Assembly (NCBI GenBank): GCA_964388035.1 | Contig: CAYLZE010000001.1 | Coordinates: 31,225-95,224, forward strand | Origin: an uncultured archaeon | GTDB lineage: Archaea > Asgardarchaeota > Lokiarchaeia > Sigyniarchaeales > SOKP01 | Length of the DNA: 64,000 nucleotides | Direction: 5' to 3' | Shown here: piece after piece, positions 52,199 to 61,520 of the stretch | How the letters are laid out: every line of letters starts with the position of its first letter | Numbering within the stretch: position 1 is the stretch's first letter | Translations under genes and position numbers: made by a program | The notes under the pieces: model-generated | What the model was told of the DNA's origin: nothing | What the model saw: the letters and a program-made list of their open reading frames with translations, nothing else | Database searches by the model: none

Positions 52199-54826
52199 TT
52201 ATGTTTTTATTCTATTTAGGAAATATTTTAAAATTTGAGCTAATAATTTAACATTTGGTTCCTTTAAAATATCCAAATGTTGACCTGGAATTATATAAGC
52301 ATTGAATTTTCCAATCGCAATCTGTTTCCAAGGATTTATCCGAAATCTGGGATCTCTTGGAAATCGAGTTCTTTTACTTGACATGAATAACACGACTGGA
52401 CCCCCATATTTTTTAGGCTTGTATTTCTCTGTAGCATTCTGCGTCTTCTCAATAACGTTATAGCGATAAAGGCCGAATTTTAAAATATAGTTTTTTCTTG
52501 TGGTTTTTGGAAATATGATTTCCTGGAAATAATTTGCAAGTCCGCGTAACCTTATTTGCGATACTAGATTGAAAAGAACTTGTATAACGGATTTAAGTTG
52601 GCATATCGGTTTAATTGATGTCTGCTCTAACTGCAAGGAATGAGGCAAGATCGTGTCTATTAAAATGAGTAACTCCACATTATCATCTTTAGAGGCTAGT
52701 TGATGAGCCATTTCTAATGCAATTATTCCTCCAACCCCGGCTCCTCCTAAGATATATGGACCAATTGGTTGAATTGCCCGAATCTCTTTCACGTAATGAG
52801 ACGCCATATCTTCAACTCTCGTATAAGGTTCCTGCAGCCCCTCAAGACCTTGTGCCCTTAAAGCGTAATAAGGGAATTCTGGGGGAAGGTACTTGGTTAA
52901 GGTATTAAAGAACATAATTTCTCCCTCACAAGCGTGCACGCAATAAATCGGTGGTTTAATACCCGTTTTACGAATTGCAACTAAAGATGCGGAAGGAATC
53001 GCGAAGTCTTTTTGGTTTAATATTTGAGCCATTTTCTTTATTGTAGGTGCATGAAGGAAAATGGACAATGGAATTCTTTTTAAATGAAAGGAATCACAAA
53101 TTATAGAAAGAATGATTGCCCCTTGTATTGAATCGCCCCCCAATTGAAAATAATTATCATTAATTCCAATTTGATCTAAACGTAATACTTCAGACCATAT
53201 CTTTACTAATTTTTCTTCAATGGGAGTTTCAGGGGCTTTGTATAATGCTCTATTTTTTTCCGTTATGGAAATAGATAGTAATCCTAAATTTTTAGCTAAA
53301 TTCACTCTCTGTAATTTTCCAGTAGGACCTTTTGGAATTTCTTCTAAAAATAGTATGTGATTGGGGACTTTAAAATCTGCTAATTGATTAGCCACGTACA
53401 TTTGAACATCCCATTCAGTTATATTTACATTATCCCGTAGAACAATTGCTGCTCCTATTTCCTCCCCTAATTTAGAACTTGGGACCGCAAAAGTCATTGC
53501 TTGTAAGATATCTGGGTGATTTAATAGAACTTCATCGATTTCTTTAGGTGAAATCTTCTCACCGCCTCGATTGATAATTTCCTTAATCCTACCGCGGATA
53601 ATAAGATAATCATCTTCATCAAAATACCCTTGATCTCCCGTGCGGAACCAACCATTAATAAAAGAACTTACATTTGCTTTGGGATTGTTTTCATAACCTC
53701 TAAATAGATTCGAACCTCGTACCACGATTTCTCCGATATCTCCCTTCTTTAAAAAATTTCCATTATCATCTATTATCGCTATTTCAGGACCAGTAGGTAA
53801 ACCTACAGATCCAGCTTTTCTTTTATAGGGAGGAAGGGGATTGCTGGCTATTTGATGGGAAGCTTCCGTCATTCCATAGGATTCTATCACCGGAACATTA
53901 AACATCTCCTCCAGCTCATTCATTACTTTAGGAGATAAAGCGGAAGAAGAGGAACGAATCAAGCGTAACTTATTATAATTTAAAGGTTTTTTGCATTTCT
54001 TCAAACGCTCCAATATAGCTTGGTGCATTGTTGGTACAGCAGTATACCACGTTGGCTTGAATAATTTCACCCATTCAAAAAAATGAGGAGCATAAAAACC
54101 AGGAGTACAAGCGATACTTGCCCCAGCGATTATCGTTGATAGTAAAGCACCAATTAACCCATGAACATGAAACAATGGCATGATGTTTAAACAACAATCT
54201 TCTTCTTGAAGCTGAAGCGTTTTTTGAATACTTTTAGCTGAGGTGCATAGATTATAATGCGTTAGGGGTACCAATTTAGGTCGAGATGTTGTTCCCGAGG
54301 TATGTAAGATAAGTGCAATGTCATCGGATTGAGTAAATTGTTTATGAACATTAGGGTTAACAATTTTACTTTCAAGGGTAAAAAGACCTGCCTCTGACAA
54401 GGGGGATAAGTAAATAATTCCCATTTCTTGTCTCTCTGCAATTTTTATTGCTGGGGATTCCATATCAGTTGGTATTATAAGTGCTTTAGCTTTTAGATTC
54501 GAAAAGTAAAAATCAAATTCTTTGATCTTATAATTAGGATTAAGAGGAGCACAAGTAGTAGCTGCTGTAAGTGATAAAAAAGCCGTTGCCGTGTCTGGAC
54601 CATTAGGTAATACTATAGCAACACGATCCTCTCTAGTTATATCCATTTCATTTAGACTTTCAACAGTTTTCTTAATATGTTGGTATAAACGAGAGTAAGT
54701 AAGAGGAAAACGATTAAGCCCCTTAATTGCAATAGAATTTGGCCGTTTTTCTGCCCATTTTGCTATAAGAGAATAAATTGTATGGCTAAATCTATCATCA
54801 TTCAAGTTAGAATCCAATTGGGCCAA
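52199..54826 (-). CDS. NRPS-like protein: adenylation domain (oxalate-CoA ligase-like), carrier protein and thioesterase-like domain
   Basis: LHTSGTTSRPK, ESYGMTEASHQ, FRTGD, PKGPTGK (A); LGGDSI (T); GPYILGGAGVGG...GQH (TE-like). Confidence 0.9.
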   Translation of the reverse strand: MAQLDSNLNDDRFSHTIYSLIAKWAEKRPNSIAIKGLNRFPLTYSRLYQHIKKTVESLNEMDITREDRVAIVLPNGPDTATAFLSLTAATTCAPLNPNYKIKEFDFYFSNLKAKALIIPTDMESPAIKIAERQEMGIIYLSPLSEAGLFTLESKIVNPNVHKQFTQSDDIALILHTSGTTSRPKLVPLTHYNLCTSAKSIQKTLQLQEEDCCLNIMPLFHVHGLIGALLSTIIAGASIACTPGFYAPHFFEWVKLFKPTWYTAVPTMHQAILERLKKCKKPLNYNKLRLIRSSSSALSPKVMNELEEMFNVPVIESYGMTEASHQIASNPLPPYKRKAGSVGLPTGPEIAIIDDNGNFLKKGDIGEIVVRGSNLFRGYENNPKANVSSFINGWFRTGDQGYFDEDDYLIIRGRIKEIINRGGEKISPKEIDEVLLNHPDILQAMTFAVPSSKLGEEIGAAIVLRDNVNITEWDVQMYVANQLADFKVPNHILFLEEIPKGPTGKLQRVNLAKNLGLLSISITEKNRALYKAPETPIEEKLVKIWSEVLRLDQIGINDNYFQLGGDSIQGAIILSIICDSFHLKRIPLSIFLHAPTIKKMAQILNQKDFAIPSASLVAIRKTGIKPPIYCVHACEGEIMFFNTLTKYLPPEFPYYALRAQGLEGLQEPYTRVEDMASHYVKEIRAIQPIGPYILGGAGVGGIIALEMAHQLASKDDNVELLILIDTILPHSLQLEQTSIKPICQLKSVIQVLFNLVSQIRLRGLANYFQEIIFPKTTRKNYILKFGLYRYNVIEKTQNATEKYKPKKYGGPVVLFMSSKRTRFPRDPRFRINPWKQIAIGKFNAYIIPGQHLDILKEPNVKLLAQILKYFLNRIKT

Positions 54827-55059
54827 AATATTCCCTCCATTAAATTACAATTTAGCAATTACTTGGATGGGTTTATAATTAAATTTAAACTAAAGAAAAT
54901 AATGTGATTTATCAAATTTATAAATAATACATAAAACTAATAGAAAATTGAATTTAAAAACGGGAATCTCATCTAATATATTAAAACTTTCACTCACTAT
55001 TTTCTCTTTAATTTAAAATATACGCGATTACCTTCTTTAATTCTCCATATTAATTAAAG

Positions 55060-55971
55060 TTATAGCCATTTTCTTTTGAAATTCTCGAGTTCTTCTTCTG
55101 TATAAAAATGTCGAGCGTATTTAGAATTATATAATTTTTCTACATAAACTTGAGAAAGAAATTTCTCGGAGATAAATTTTCGATATATTGGATAATAAAA
55201 TTTTGTTTCAGAAACATTGGAATTTTCAAGAGTAAATTCATCGACGTTTAAGAATTCTTTAAAAGCAACTGGAGCATATTGAGTGAGATTTTCTAACCTA
55301 ATTAATAAAATTTCAAGCTTGTTTTTAGTTTTATATATTTGATATCCTTTTTTTTTAGGAAAGTTTACTGAATATATATCGATTCCAAATACCTTTTTCA
55401 ACTCTAAATCAAACTATGTTAATGGAAAATCATGAGGATACGATTTAATAAAAATATCTTTTAATTGACTAATAGTTCTTTTCTTACCGCAATATTTCTT
55501 GAAATATCGATAATAATAATGGGAATCCCACCTTTGGAAAAAGGAAGATATATTTCGAATTATAGGTTCTCTTACTAAGCAAATTATCTTCCATTTTTTA
55601 GGTGTCCACTCTCGTGCTAGCTTTCTTTGTATATAAATACTATCCCTATAACCAGTTCGGGGAATCTTCCATCTTTTTATATTTTCAAGAACTAAACAGT
55701 TTACTTGATAATTGAGAAATCCTTCCTTTTCCAAGGATTTCGCAATGGTTGTAGAACCTACCTTACCCATCTGATATATTAATATTTTGGGACTTTTTTC
55801 AATTAGTTCTAAATCTCCAAAATATTCTTTGAATATGGAAATGACTAAAATACAGAATTTTAAGAGGGGATATCCCAATCTAAAGCTATAACCTTCTAAT
55901 CTTTTTAAAATAGGGGGAATAACTTCAAGAGCTCTCTTTTTAAGGAAAAATAATCTTTTTTTTATGTTCAT
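55060..55971 (-). pseudogene. Sulfotransferase-like capsular polysaccharide synthesis (NKWYS-type) gene with one in-frame TAG
   Basis: YQMGKVGSTT, LVREPI.RNISSFFQ; ...HDFPLT*FDLELKKVFGID continues in frame across TAG 55414-55416; NVSETKFY near the C-terminus. Confidence 0.7.
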
Positions 55972-56127
55972 TAACCTAAATTTAAACAGATATCTTTTTT
56001 TTTAAATAGAAAAATCATAACGATACAAGAAGGATATAACATATAAAACATTACCTTCAAATGAAATTAGTGAATTTGGAAAGGAATATCAATAATTATT
56101 TTTAAAATATTAGAAGAGGGTTAAAAG

Positions 56128-56907
56128 ATGGAATTAAAACACCAACACCCGTCAATTAAACATTTTCCTGCGTGGAAACATCCAAAATTCCCTATTGAAC
56201 TCTCAATAAAAGAAACTCATATCTGGAGATTAGATTTGGATGATTCTTATCAAATTATTTATAATTTTAATCTCATACTCTCGGATCAGGAGAAAATGAA
56301 GGCATGTAAATTCTATTTTAAAAAGGATGGATTATGCTACATTATTACTCATGGGGCATTACGAACTATTTTAAGTTATTACTTAAAAATAAAGCCAAAT
56401 CATATTAATTTTCGGTATAACTCTAAGGGGAAACCCTTTTTAAGTAAGCTAATCGATCCGCAAAATATTTTTTTCAATATATCACATTCGAATAATCTTA
56501 TCCTATTTGTATTCGCAATTAATAAGAGAATAGGAGTTGATGTAGAGTACCTTGAGAAATTTCCTAACTTCGAAATAATTCTTTCTCGCTATATTGCTAA
56601 TAAAGAGCAGTTTAGATTTCGTCCATTATCAAAAAATCGTCTATTAAAAGCATTCTTTAACTACTGGACGAAGTATGAAGCTTATCATAAAGCAATTGGA
56701 ACGGGGTTAATCAATTCTCCTAATATATGTGAAAATTTTCTATTAAAAAATGAAATGACGCGTAATGTTGAAATTGAGCAATATAGCAAAATAATCCCTA
56801 ACTGGAGCATTCACAATTTTATTCCTGCTCCTGGTTATCTCGCATCAGTAGCTTTTGAGGGAAAATGTAATAAATTTCGTTACTTTCATTTTAATCAATT
56901 AATATAA
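56128..56907 (+). CDS. Sfp-type 4'-phosphopantetheinyl transferase
   Basis: GKPFL, FNISHS, IGVDVE, WTKYEAYHKAIGTG. Confidence 0.92.
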   Translation: MELKHQHPSIKHFPAWKHPKFPIELSIKETHIWRLDLDDSYQIIYNFNLILSDQEKMKACKFYFKKDGLCYIITHGALRTILSYYLKIKPNHINFRYNSKGKPFLSKLIDPQNIFFNISHSNNLILFVFAINKRIGVDVEYLEKFPNFEIILSRYIANKEQFRFRPLSKNRLLKAFFNYWTKYEAYHKAIGTGLINSPNICENFLLKNEMTRNVEIEQYSKIIPNWSIHNFIPAPGYLASVAFEGKCNKFRYFHFNQLI

Positions 56908-57031
56908 TCAGTGTTGGAAATGGATCAATCATCTCATTGATTCATTTGAAATTTATGATTATATAAAATTTCTTGCAAGAAATAATCTGAATGATGATAT
57001 TCTCAATAATCATCCTGCTTTAAAAAAACTT

Positions 57032-57051
57032 GTTGTCAGAACAATGACAAA
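57032..57051. promoter_or_regulatory. Palindromic operator copy (2 mismatches)
   Basis: GTTGTCAG-aaca-ATGACAAA followed by TTTAAATA; implies the MFS gene starts at 57128, not 57044. Confidence 0.6.
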
Positions 57052-57127
57052 GCAATCACAAGATTTAAATATTTTGCGAATTAATTTGCAATTATCTATA
57101 ATTATAGGATTTAAAAATGTATCAATT

Positions 57128-58549
57128 ATGAATATTTCAAATGAGGAACAAGTAAAATCAACTAAAGATAAAAAAAATTCTTCTCTAATCATGGCTTCAT
57201 TTGGTTGCGGTGTGTTCCTATCAGAATTTTTTAATGCCGCTGCTGGTGCATTTGGCTTCTTTTATTATGAAACTGAGGTTGGGTTAAACGTCTGGTTAGT
57301 ATCTCTCGCATTTAGCCTGTATGCCATTTGGAACGCGATAAATGACCCATTAATTGGTTATCTTGTAGATCGCCCTCAAAAGTTTTGGTTGAAATGGGGG
57401 AGGCGCTTTCCGTGGATTTTTGGTTCAGCAGTGCCTTGGTTTATTTGCCTCGTTTTGATGTATTCTGCTCCAGATGTGGATCCGACGCAAAATACCCTTC
57501 TTTTATTCTTTTGGCTCTTGATTTCGATGTGTCTATATGATACCTTTTATTCGATATATTCCGTGTCGTATTACTCTCTCGTACCTGAAAAATTCCGCTT
57601 AGACACGGAACGGCGGAGAGTTCAAGGGTTTTCAGGAACGATGGGATTTATTGCAATGATGTTAGGATTTATAGTTCCTTCCCTATTAGTTAGTTATGGA
57701 AATCGATCCTCCTATTCTTTTATGGCGTGGGTTATTTTTTTTAGTGGAATAGTAGTTCTAGTTGCGTTAATCCCGGGAGTTCGAGAAGATAAAAGCCGGA
57801 TTGTAAATTATCTTGAACGAGAACATCAAGTCGAAAATGATTCATTCGTCCATCTCATGGTTTCCGCTTTGAAGCAAAAGAATTTTTTAATCTTTATTTT
57901 TGTTTATTTCATGAATCAAGTTCTCATGGGTTGCTTGGGGAGTTCCATTCATTATGTCGTCAGGTACGTATTACAAGAATCCTCGGATGCTGCATTAATA
58001 GTATATTTAGGTTATTTTATCGGTACTCTTTCGGGCGTTCCAATTTGGGTTAAGATAGGGCAAAAATTGAATAATAATAAGAAATTATTAATAATTTTAG
58101 GATTTTTGTTAGTCGTTGCTCAAATCCCGTTAATGTTCATAGGCGAATTAGGGCTTATAGGAACTGCAATAATGGTGATTCCCTATGGCTTTAGTTTTGC
58201 AGGGTTTTGGACAACTCTCACAATTCCTATTAGTGCCGATGTCATAGATGACGTGATCATAAACCTAAAGAGGCGGAAAGAGTCCACTTTTAATGGGATC
58301 CGCGCTTTTTTTGCTCGCTTAGCTATTGTTGCCCAATCCCTAATTTTTGCCATAGTGCATCAAATGACAGGGTTTATTGAGGGTGCAGAAACGCAATCAC
58401 CTTTAGCTCAATTTGGAATTTTGTCCCACTTGGCATTGATACCTTTAATATTAATTTTTATTGCTACCATTGTTTTCTGGAAGTTTTACGATATTACTTC
58501 TGAAAGAAAGAAGATAATGTTGCAAAAGATGAAAGAATTAGGATTATAA
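57128..58549 (+). CDS. MFS transporter, GPH family
   Basis: WNAINDPLIGYLVDR...WGRRFP; ATG 57128 gives the same length as its paralogs. Confidence 0.9.
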   Translation: MNISNEEQVKSTKDKKNSSLIMASFGCGVFLSEFFNAAAGAFGFFYYETEVGLNVWLVSLAFSLYAIWNAINDPLIGYLVDRPQKFWLKWGRRFPWIFGSAVPWFICLVLMYSAPDVDPTQNTLLLFFWLLISMCLYDTFYSIYSVSYYSLVPEKFRLDTERRRVQGFSGTMGFIAMMLGFIVPSLLVSYGNRSSYSFMAWVIFFSGIVVLVALIPGVREDKSRIVNYLEREHQVENDSFVHLMVSALKQKNFLIFIFVYFMNQVLMGCLGSSIHYVVRYVLQESSDAALIVYLGYFIGTLSGVPIWVKIGQKLNNNKKLLIILGFLLVVAQIPLMFIGELGLIGTAIMVIPYGFSFAGFWTTLTIPISADVIDDVIINLKRRKESTFNGIRAFFARLAIVAQSLIFAIVHQMTGFIEGAETQSPLAQFGILSHLALIPLILIFIATIVFWKFYDITSERKKIMLQKMKELGL

Positions 58550-58570
58550 CCAGAAGAGAGGTGAAAGATT

Positions 58571-60376
58571 ATAGAAAAGATAGTAGGGGTTAATTTAAGT
58601 AATGGGAATGTTTCTGTAAAAGAAGTAGCTAATGATATTTCTGAGAAATATATTGGTGGGAATGGGGTCGCTGCTGCCATATTTACCTCGGAAGTCTCTC
58701 CCGATATTAAACCATTTGATGAAAAAAATTATCTTATATTCTCAACTGGCCCTTTCTGTGGAACGAAGGTCCCCTTTTGCAGCCGGCATTTTATCATGGC
58801 AAAATCTCCTTTAACTGGAATCATAGGTGAATCTTCATCCGGAGGATTTTGGGGCAGGGAATTACGCAAAACGGGGCACGAGCACGTACTTATTGAGGGT
58901 AAGAGCGATTCACCAGTATATTTATGGATCAAAAATAATGATGTGGAAATCAGGGATGCAACACATCTTTGGGGCAAGGGGAATTATGAAGTAAATAGCC
59001 TCATTAAAGAAGAACTCGGAGATAAAATGATTCGCATTGCTTCCATTGGGATTGCCGGTGAAAATTTGGTTAAATATGCATCCATTATGAATGAAAGAGA
59101 TCGCGCAGCAGGAAGGTGTGGGTTAGGGGCTGTCATGGGGAGTAAAAATTTGAAAGCCATAGCCGTAAGGGGAACTAACAAGATTCCCGTAGATGACGAA
59201 GAAACTCTTTCTAAAGCCGTGGAAAAAATTCGTGGTTTAGTGGATTTAGAATATATTTTATTTTCTGTACACGTGCAATATGGTACAACCCTTGGCATGG
59301 AAAATGGCCCGCATATGGGAGATGTTCCCATTAAAAACTATACAATGAGTCGCTGGCCAAAAATAAAGAATATTGGAGGTAATCCACTTTTTGAAATGAA
59401 ACATAGAACCAATGCGTGCTTTAATTGCCCAGTGGGATGTGCGAAAGAGGTATGTTATCGGAATGAATGGATAAGATGGCCTGAATATGAGACACTTGCA
59501 ATGTTAGGAGCAAATTTGTTGGTGGATGATTTGGATGCGCTAATTAGATGGAATTACATGGCAAATGACCTTGGAATGGATACAATCTCCCTTGGGTCTA
59601 CCTTGAGTACGTTTTTTGAAAGCTTAGAACGCGGATTTCTAAAAGACGAGATCAATGAACCGGTATTAAAAAAATTAGTGGCGGAAAATGCTTTTTGGGG
59701 GGCTAAAGATGCTATTGAACTCTTAATCGAAAGAATTGCTAATCGAGAAGGTATTGGTAATGATCTTGCTGAAGGAGTTAAAAAATTTATAGAGATGAAA
59801 AATTTACCCGAAGATCTTTCTGTCCACGTAAAAGGTTTGGAAGTTCCCGCCCATGAACCTCGATCTAATAATTTAACTGCTTTAGATTATGTTACTACTC
59901 CTAGAGGTGCTTATCACTGTTACATGCCCATGGATTTATCTTCAGCAATGTATGTAAAAAAGGAACTGGGATTAGTAGAAAAGATTGATAGATTATCCAA
60001 AGAACCTATTGTGGTAGAATCCGTAATTAAAGTACAAGATTCCAGTGAAGCCTACTCGGCATGTGGAGGATGCATTTTTGGATTTAAATGGATACCTGAA
60101 ATCACTCCTTGGATTGAAGCTTTAAATGCAATCACGGGAAGAAATTATACTGTAGATACTTGGATGGCCGTGGGAGAGAGGAATTTCAACATGAAACGAA
60201 AATATAACATGGAATGCGGAATAACCAAATCTGATGATAAATTAAGCGCCCGATTTAGAATTCCAATTAAAAAAGGAGCTACCATGGGAAACATACCCCC
60301 TATTGAAGATTTCTTGCCTCTTTATTATGAGTTAAGGCGATGGGATGAGGAAGGAAAACCTACTTATAATTATTAA
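58571..60376 (+). CDS. aor: Aldehyde:ferredoxin oxidoreductase (tungsten AOR family); start codon non-canonical or frameshifted
   Basis: The frame upstream of 58796 is open to TGA 58562 and encodes IEKIVGVNLS..YIGGNG..STGPFCG; also KSPLTG, GRCGLGAVMGSKNLKAI, CFNCPVGC, PEYET, GMDTIS. Confidence 0.9.
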   Translation: MEKIVGVNLSNGNVSVKEVANDISEKYIGGNGVAAAIFTSEVSPDIKPFDEKNYLIFSTGPFCGTKVPFCSRHFIMAKSPLTGIIGESSSGGFWGRELRKTGHEHVLIEGKSDSPVYLWIKNNDVEIRDATHLWGKGNYEVNSLIKEELGDKMIRIASIGIAGENLVKYASIMNERDRAAGRCGLGAVMGSKNLKAIAVRGTNKIPVDDEETLSKAVEKIRGLVDLEYILFSVHVQYGTTLGMENGPHMGDVPIKNYTMSRWPKIKNIGGNPLFEMKHRTNACFNCPVGCAKEVCYRNEWIRWPEYETLAMLGANLLVDDLDALIRWNYMANDLGMDTISLGSTLSTFFESLERGFLKDEINEPVLKKLVAENAFWGAKDAIELLIERIANREGIGNDLAEGVKKFIEMKNLPEDLSVHVKGLEVPAHEPRSNNLTALDYVTTPRGAYHCYMPMDLSSAMYVKKELGLVEKIDRLSKEPIVVESVIKVQDSSEAYSACGGCIFGFKWIPEITPWIEALNAITGRNYTVDTWMAVGERNFNMKRKYNMECGITKSDDKLSARFRIPIKKGATMGNIPPIEDFLPLYYELRRWDEEGKPTYNY

Positions 60377-60465
60377 TATTTTTTTATTATTTTCAAATTT
60401 CTGTTAATTTAAAAGTCTTTAATCATTAATTTAGTAATACTTACAAGAATAGTCCTAAAAGAATT

Positions 60466-61380
60466 ATGATAAGCGAAGAACTAAGAAAATATAAAACCGA
60501 TCTTAAAAAAATGCAAACCAGGATTTTAAAATACATGAAGCCCGAACAGCTTAATGCACAAAAACTGAGACAAGCAGAAATTTTACTTGGAACACCTCCC
60601 GTTTTATCTGAAAAAGTAAGTTGGAAAGAATTCAAGGTCAGTGATAAGATCCCATGTGAATGGGTCTCATTTTCTGGAGCTCTTTCCGAGAAAGTCATTT
60701 ATTACATTCATGGCGGGTCCTATTATGCGGGTTCTGCAGTTCAAAGTAGAGGATTTTTAGGTTATTGTATTGAGAACCTGAGGGTGAATGGTCTCTCAAT
60801 AGATTATCGTTTAGCTCCTGAATTTCCTTTTCCTTTAGGTTTAGAAGATTGTATCGAAGTATATCAATGGCTTATCACTTCAAAGAATGTTAAATCTCAA
60901 GATATAATCATTATTGGTTCTTCTGCTGGAGGAGGATTAGCTTTAGCAACGATAATTAAATTAAGGGAACTGGGGTCTCCCCTGCCAAGAATGACCATAT
61001 TGCTCTGCCCATGGCTTGATTTGTCTCTTTCGGGGAAATCTATTAAAGCTAAAGCGGTATATGATGGGGTGTTAAACGAAATGTTTTTGGAGGTATCTTC
61101 AAAATGGTATTGTGGTGAAAAAGATCCCAAGGATCCTTTACTATCTCCACTTTTTGCAGATTTGGCGGGGCTCCCTCCCTTTTTTGTACAAGTAGGATCG
61201 CATGACATTTTAATGGATGATTCTGTGCGGTTCTCAGAAAAAGCTAGAGCTGCAGGAGTTGAAGTAAAATTAGACCTTTGGGAAGAAATGCCTCATGGCT
61301 TTATGGGATTGAATATTAATGTTAAAGAAGTAAAGGAAGCACGAGCACATATGACGGATTTTATTCTTGAAAGATGGTAA
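60466..61380 (+). CDS. HSL-family alpha/beta hydrolase (esterase/lipase)
   Basis: HGGS, DYRLAPE, GSSAGG, D..., MPHGF. Confidence 0.92.
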   Translation: MISEELRKYKTDLKKMQTRILKYMKPEQLNAQKLRQAEILLGTPPVLSEKVSWKEFKVSDKIPCEWVSFSGALSEKVIYYIHGGSYYAGSAVQSRGFLGYCIENLRVNGLSIDYRLAPEFPFPLGLEDCIEVYQWLITSKNVKSQDIIIIGSSAGGGLALATIIKLRELGSPLPRMTILLCPWLDLSLSGKSIKAKAVYDGVLNEMFLEVSSKWYCGEKDPKDPLLSPLFADLAGLPPFFVQVGSHDILMDDSVRFSEKARAAGVEVKLDLWEEMPHGFMGLNINVKEVKEARAHMTDFILERW

Positions 61381-61520
61381 TTAATTTTCCGAAGAATAAT
61401 TCTTTGTAGTTTAAAATTCTCTTTTTAAGACCTTATTTTCCTTCGAAAATTAAATTTGAAATGTCCTTTACTCTATCGAAGATTCTTTAAAGACGTAAGC
61501 GACGTGCTTTAGAGAATAAG

